In this document: piece after piece, positions 61,978-64,000 of the stretch
Numbering within the stretch: position 1 is the first letter of the stretch
Layout: every line of letters starts with the position of its first letter
From: Stylophora pistillata
Lineage: Eukaryota
DNA: 64,000 nucleotides
Direction of reading: 5' to 3'
Assembly: GCF_002571385.2 (NCBI RefSeq)
Contig: NW_019218057.1
Location: 1-64,000 of the forward strand
Notes under the pieces: generated by a model
What the model was told of the DNA's origin: nothing
The model's input: only the letters and a program-made list of their open reading frames with translations
The model's database searches: none
Made by a program: the position numbers and the translations under genes

Positions 61978-63664
61978 ATGAAGTTGTTGTGGACTCTAGC
62001 TCTCGTGAGCTTTGTCTTCTTCGTGGTAGAGGCGGAAAAGGTGAGATTCTATATATGTCGTGCATTGTTTGTGCTCGCGAAGGACTCAGTTATTATCTCC
62101 TTCAGTAAGCACTTTATTATGCATGCATTCATCGTTGCCTCTGTAACGCTTGCTTCTCGAAAAGCTATCTCAGTTGCATTTTTTAACACAGTGGATGGTT
62201 AACTCACGTCGCACCATTCCAGAAGGAAGCCATCGGTACCTTATGAGAATCGATTGAAATTGTCCTCAACGTGGCAGTTTTGACATCGGTCGTAAAAGTG
62301 AATGTCTGCAATGCCCCTACCTACAACCGACCCGAAATTTTCTCCGACTGAAATAGATTTTAGTTTTCCGCATGCAGGTCATTTAAAATCGAACGATACA
62401 GGAAAGATGTTTTTGAAAGGAAACAAATCAATTTTACAATCAGCGACTTTTTTCGTCTGCTGTCCAGTGTCGAGATGTGATTTTATTTCAGTTGTTTTTC
62501 TCGTGGAGGTGATCCTTTTACTCCGAATTCCAGGGCTTCCATTGGTGGAATAACTTTGCCTTCCCGACTTATTAAAGTCCTACTTGGCCAAAACTGTTTT
62601 CATATTGCTGTTAAGTTCGATAAGTCATTTGGGGATGTTTTTAGAATTGTTTGTTTCAAACAGTGTGTCTTTGTTTACGATGGAGGTAAAGGTCGATTAT
62701 TTTCCTGTGCATGGACAATGTTACAAATTGTGCGACCACAGGTAACCCAGGCTCTATCTGTTGCAAGACAGGGTTTCAATATAGGTGGAGGTTGGGTTTG
62801 AAACCTGGAAATTTGCAAGTATTTCCTAGTAAGAGACAATGAAATTTACCATGTGGCTAGTTGTCTATACATTCGATCTATGGGGAAATATGGGTTAAAG
62901 CAACCATTAATAGTATTTTCATATTTATTTGTAAACCACAAACAACAGGACAGGTTTCAAGAACTGAAAAAGTGGGCTCATTGGAATCAGATCAAGAAGG
63001 CTGTTCTACAAGAACGCTTGCCAACAACCCGTAAGTTTTTTACAATCTGATATTGACTAGCTTAAAGAGAAAATGCAAGAATTTATATTTGAAATGTACA
63101 TTAGGTCATCATGAAATTGATATGACTTTGAAAAAAAGGATTTAAAAAGTTTGAAATCCAATTTTCTCAGAGTGGGACAAAATAGTGTTGTCAGAATGAG
63201 AGAGGACAGCAGGCAAGACATAGGTGGGGCTCCCATTTCCTTTTTAGAAGGAGGTAGATGTGGACACCGTCCAGCCTAAACTACCTCTGTACAGAGCTCA
63301 AAAACATTATTAACAATAAATACAAAGCAGACAGAAAAGTTGAAGAGACCATGAGGTTTAAATAAGTGCAATTTATTTTAAATATTAGAGAAAAAAGAAA
63401 GAAAATAAAACTTTTGGTAATATACTGTTATATCACATTTTATATTGTTGCTTTCAAACTGATATGTCTATCTTCACAAGGAACACTTAATTACCCAGTT
63501 TCTCAGGATGATAACTGTCTTTTCATACATGTTCTTCAGCTGATGTGGAAAACTGCACAGCTTTGCCAGACCGTCTGTTGGATTGGTTCCATGTCTTGCG
63601 TGCAATGCATGTAAGGGAGGAGCAGAAGAAGCGTGGTAATTTTGAAGCACAAAAGCCTGGAGAG
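61978..63664 (+). CDS. Secreted SPARC/testican-family protein, 5' part; exons 61978-62040, 62949-63030, 63540-63664, continuing (next exon possibly from 63949)
   Basis: Signal peptide MKLLWTLALVSFVFFVVEA; phase-consistent exons; CTALPDRLLDWFHVL resembles the first helix of the SPARC/testican EC domain. Confidence 0.7.
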
Positions 63665-64000
63665 GTAATTCCACACTTGAAGCTGAGAGAAGCAAAGATG
63701 CCTTTTCCATCAGGTGTGCAATCAAATTAAGAACTGAATCAAAACATTTCATAATTTCACTGTGATTTTCTCTTCTTTGTTTTTATGATTAATGCTGTTT
63801 TTCCTAGTGGGTAAGTTGACCAGAGAAGTTGCATGCTTGGTAAGAAATCTTTGTGCTCACAAAGACAATTTTTTTTATTCAATTGCTTCTGCCCTTAAAT
63901 TGCAGTCTTTTTCAAATGCTTGTAGCTGCTGTCTTTGTTTCTTTACAGGTACTTAACCTCCAAATTTTTGGAAATGTCAACCCCTATTTTTCCATGGAAA

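Noticed and set aside
25732-63664. Functional glycan/ECM cluster (HS6ST, FUT10/11, SPARC/testican-like)
   Set aside because: Genes are far apart and interleaved with unrelated housekeeping genes; no sign of co-regulation.

Overview
AT-rich, intron-rich animal genomic DNA from a gapped draft scaffold. The repeat families and gene set suggest an anthozoan, probably a stony coral (inference). Gene order: two partial tandem class-A peptide-type GPCR genes (+) with a cysteine-rich exon between them; a 17-exon NCLX/SLC8B1 Na/Ca exchanger (+) with two U12 introns and two apparent 5' lesions; intronless HS6ST (-); G3BP with 13 coding exons (-); MORF4L1/MRG15 (-) head-to-head with FUT10/11 (+); an uncharacterised gene (-) with a Cys/His domain, NLS, coiled coil and acidic tail; and the 5' part of a secreted SPARC/testican-type gene (+). 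Non-coding DNA holds LINE and Penelope remnants with minimal hammerhead motifs, a tRNA-derived SINE, an AcademH-type transposon with a 9-bp TSD, MITEs, a 27-bp minisatellite and a perfect palindrome of two tRNA-like Pol III units. There is no CRISPR array or prokaryotic operon. Best leads: pocket-restricted divergence of the GPCR pair beside the Cys-rich peptide, the possible WRKY/GCM1-fold transcription factor, and NCLX splicing. Exon coordinates were read by eye and phase-checked; no searches were run.
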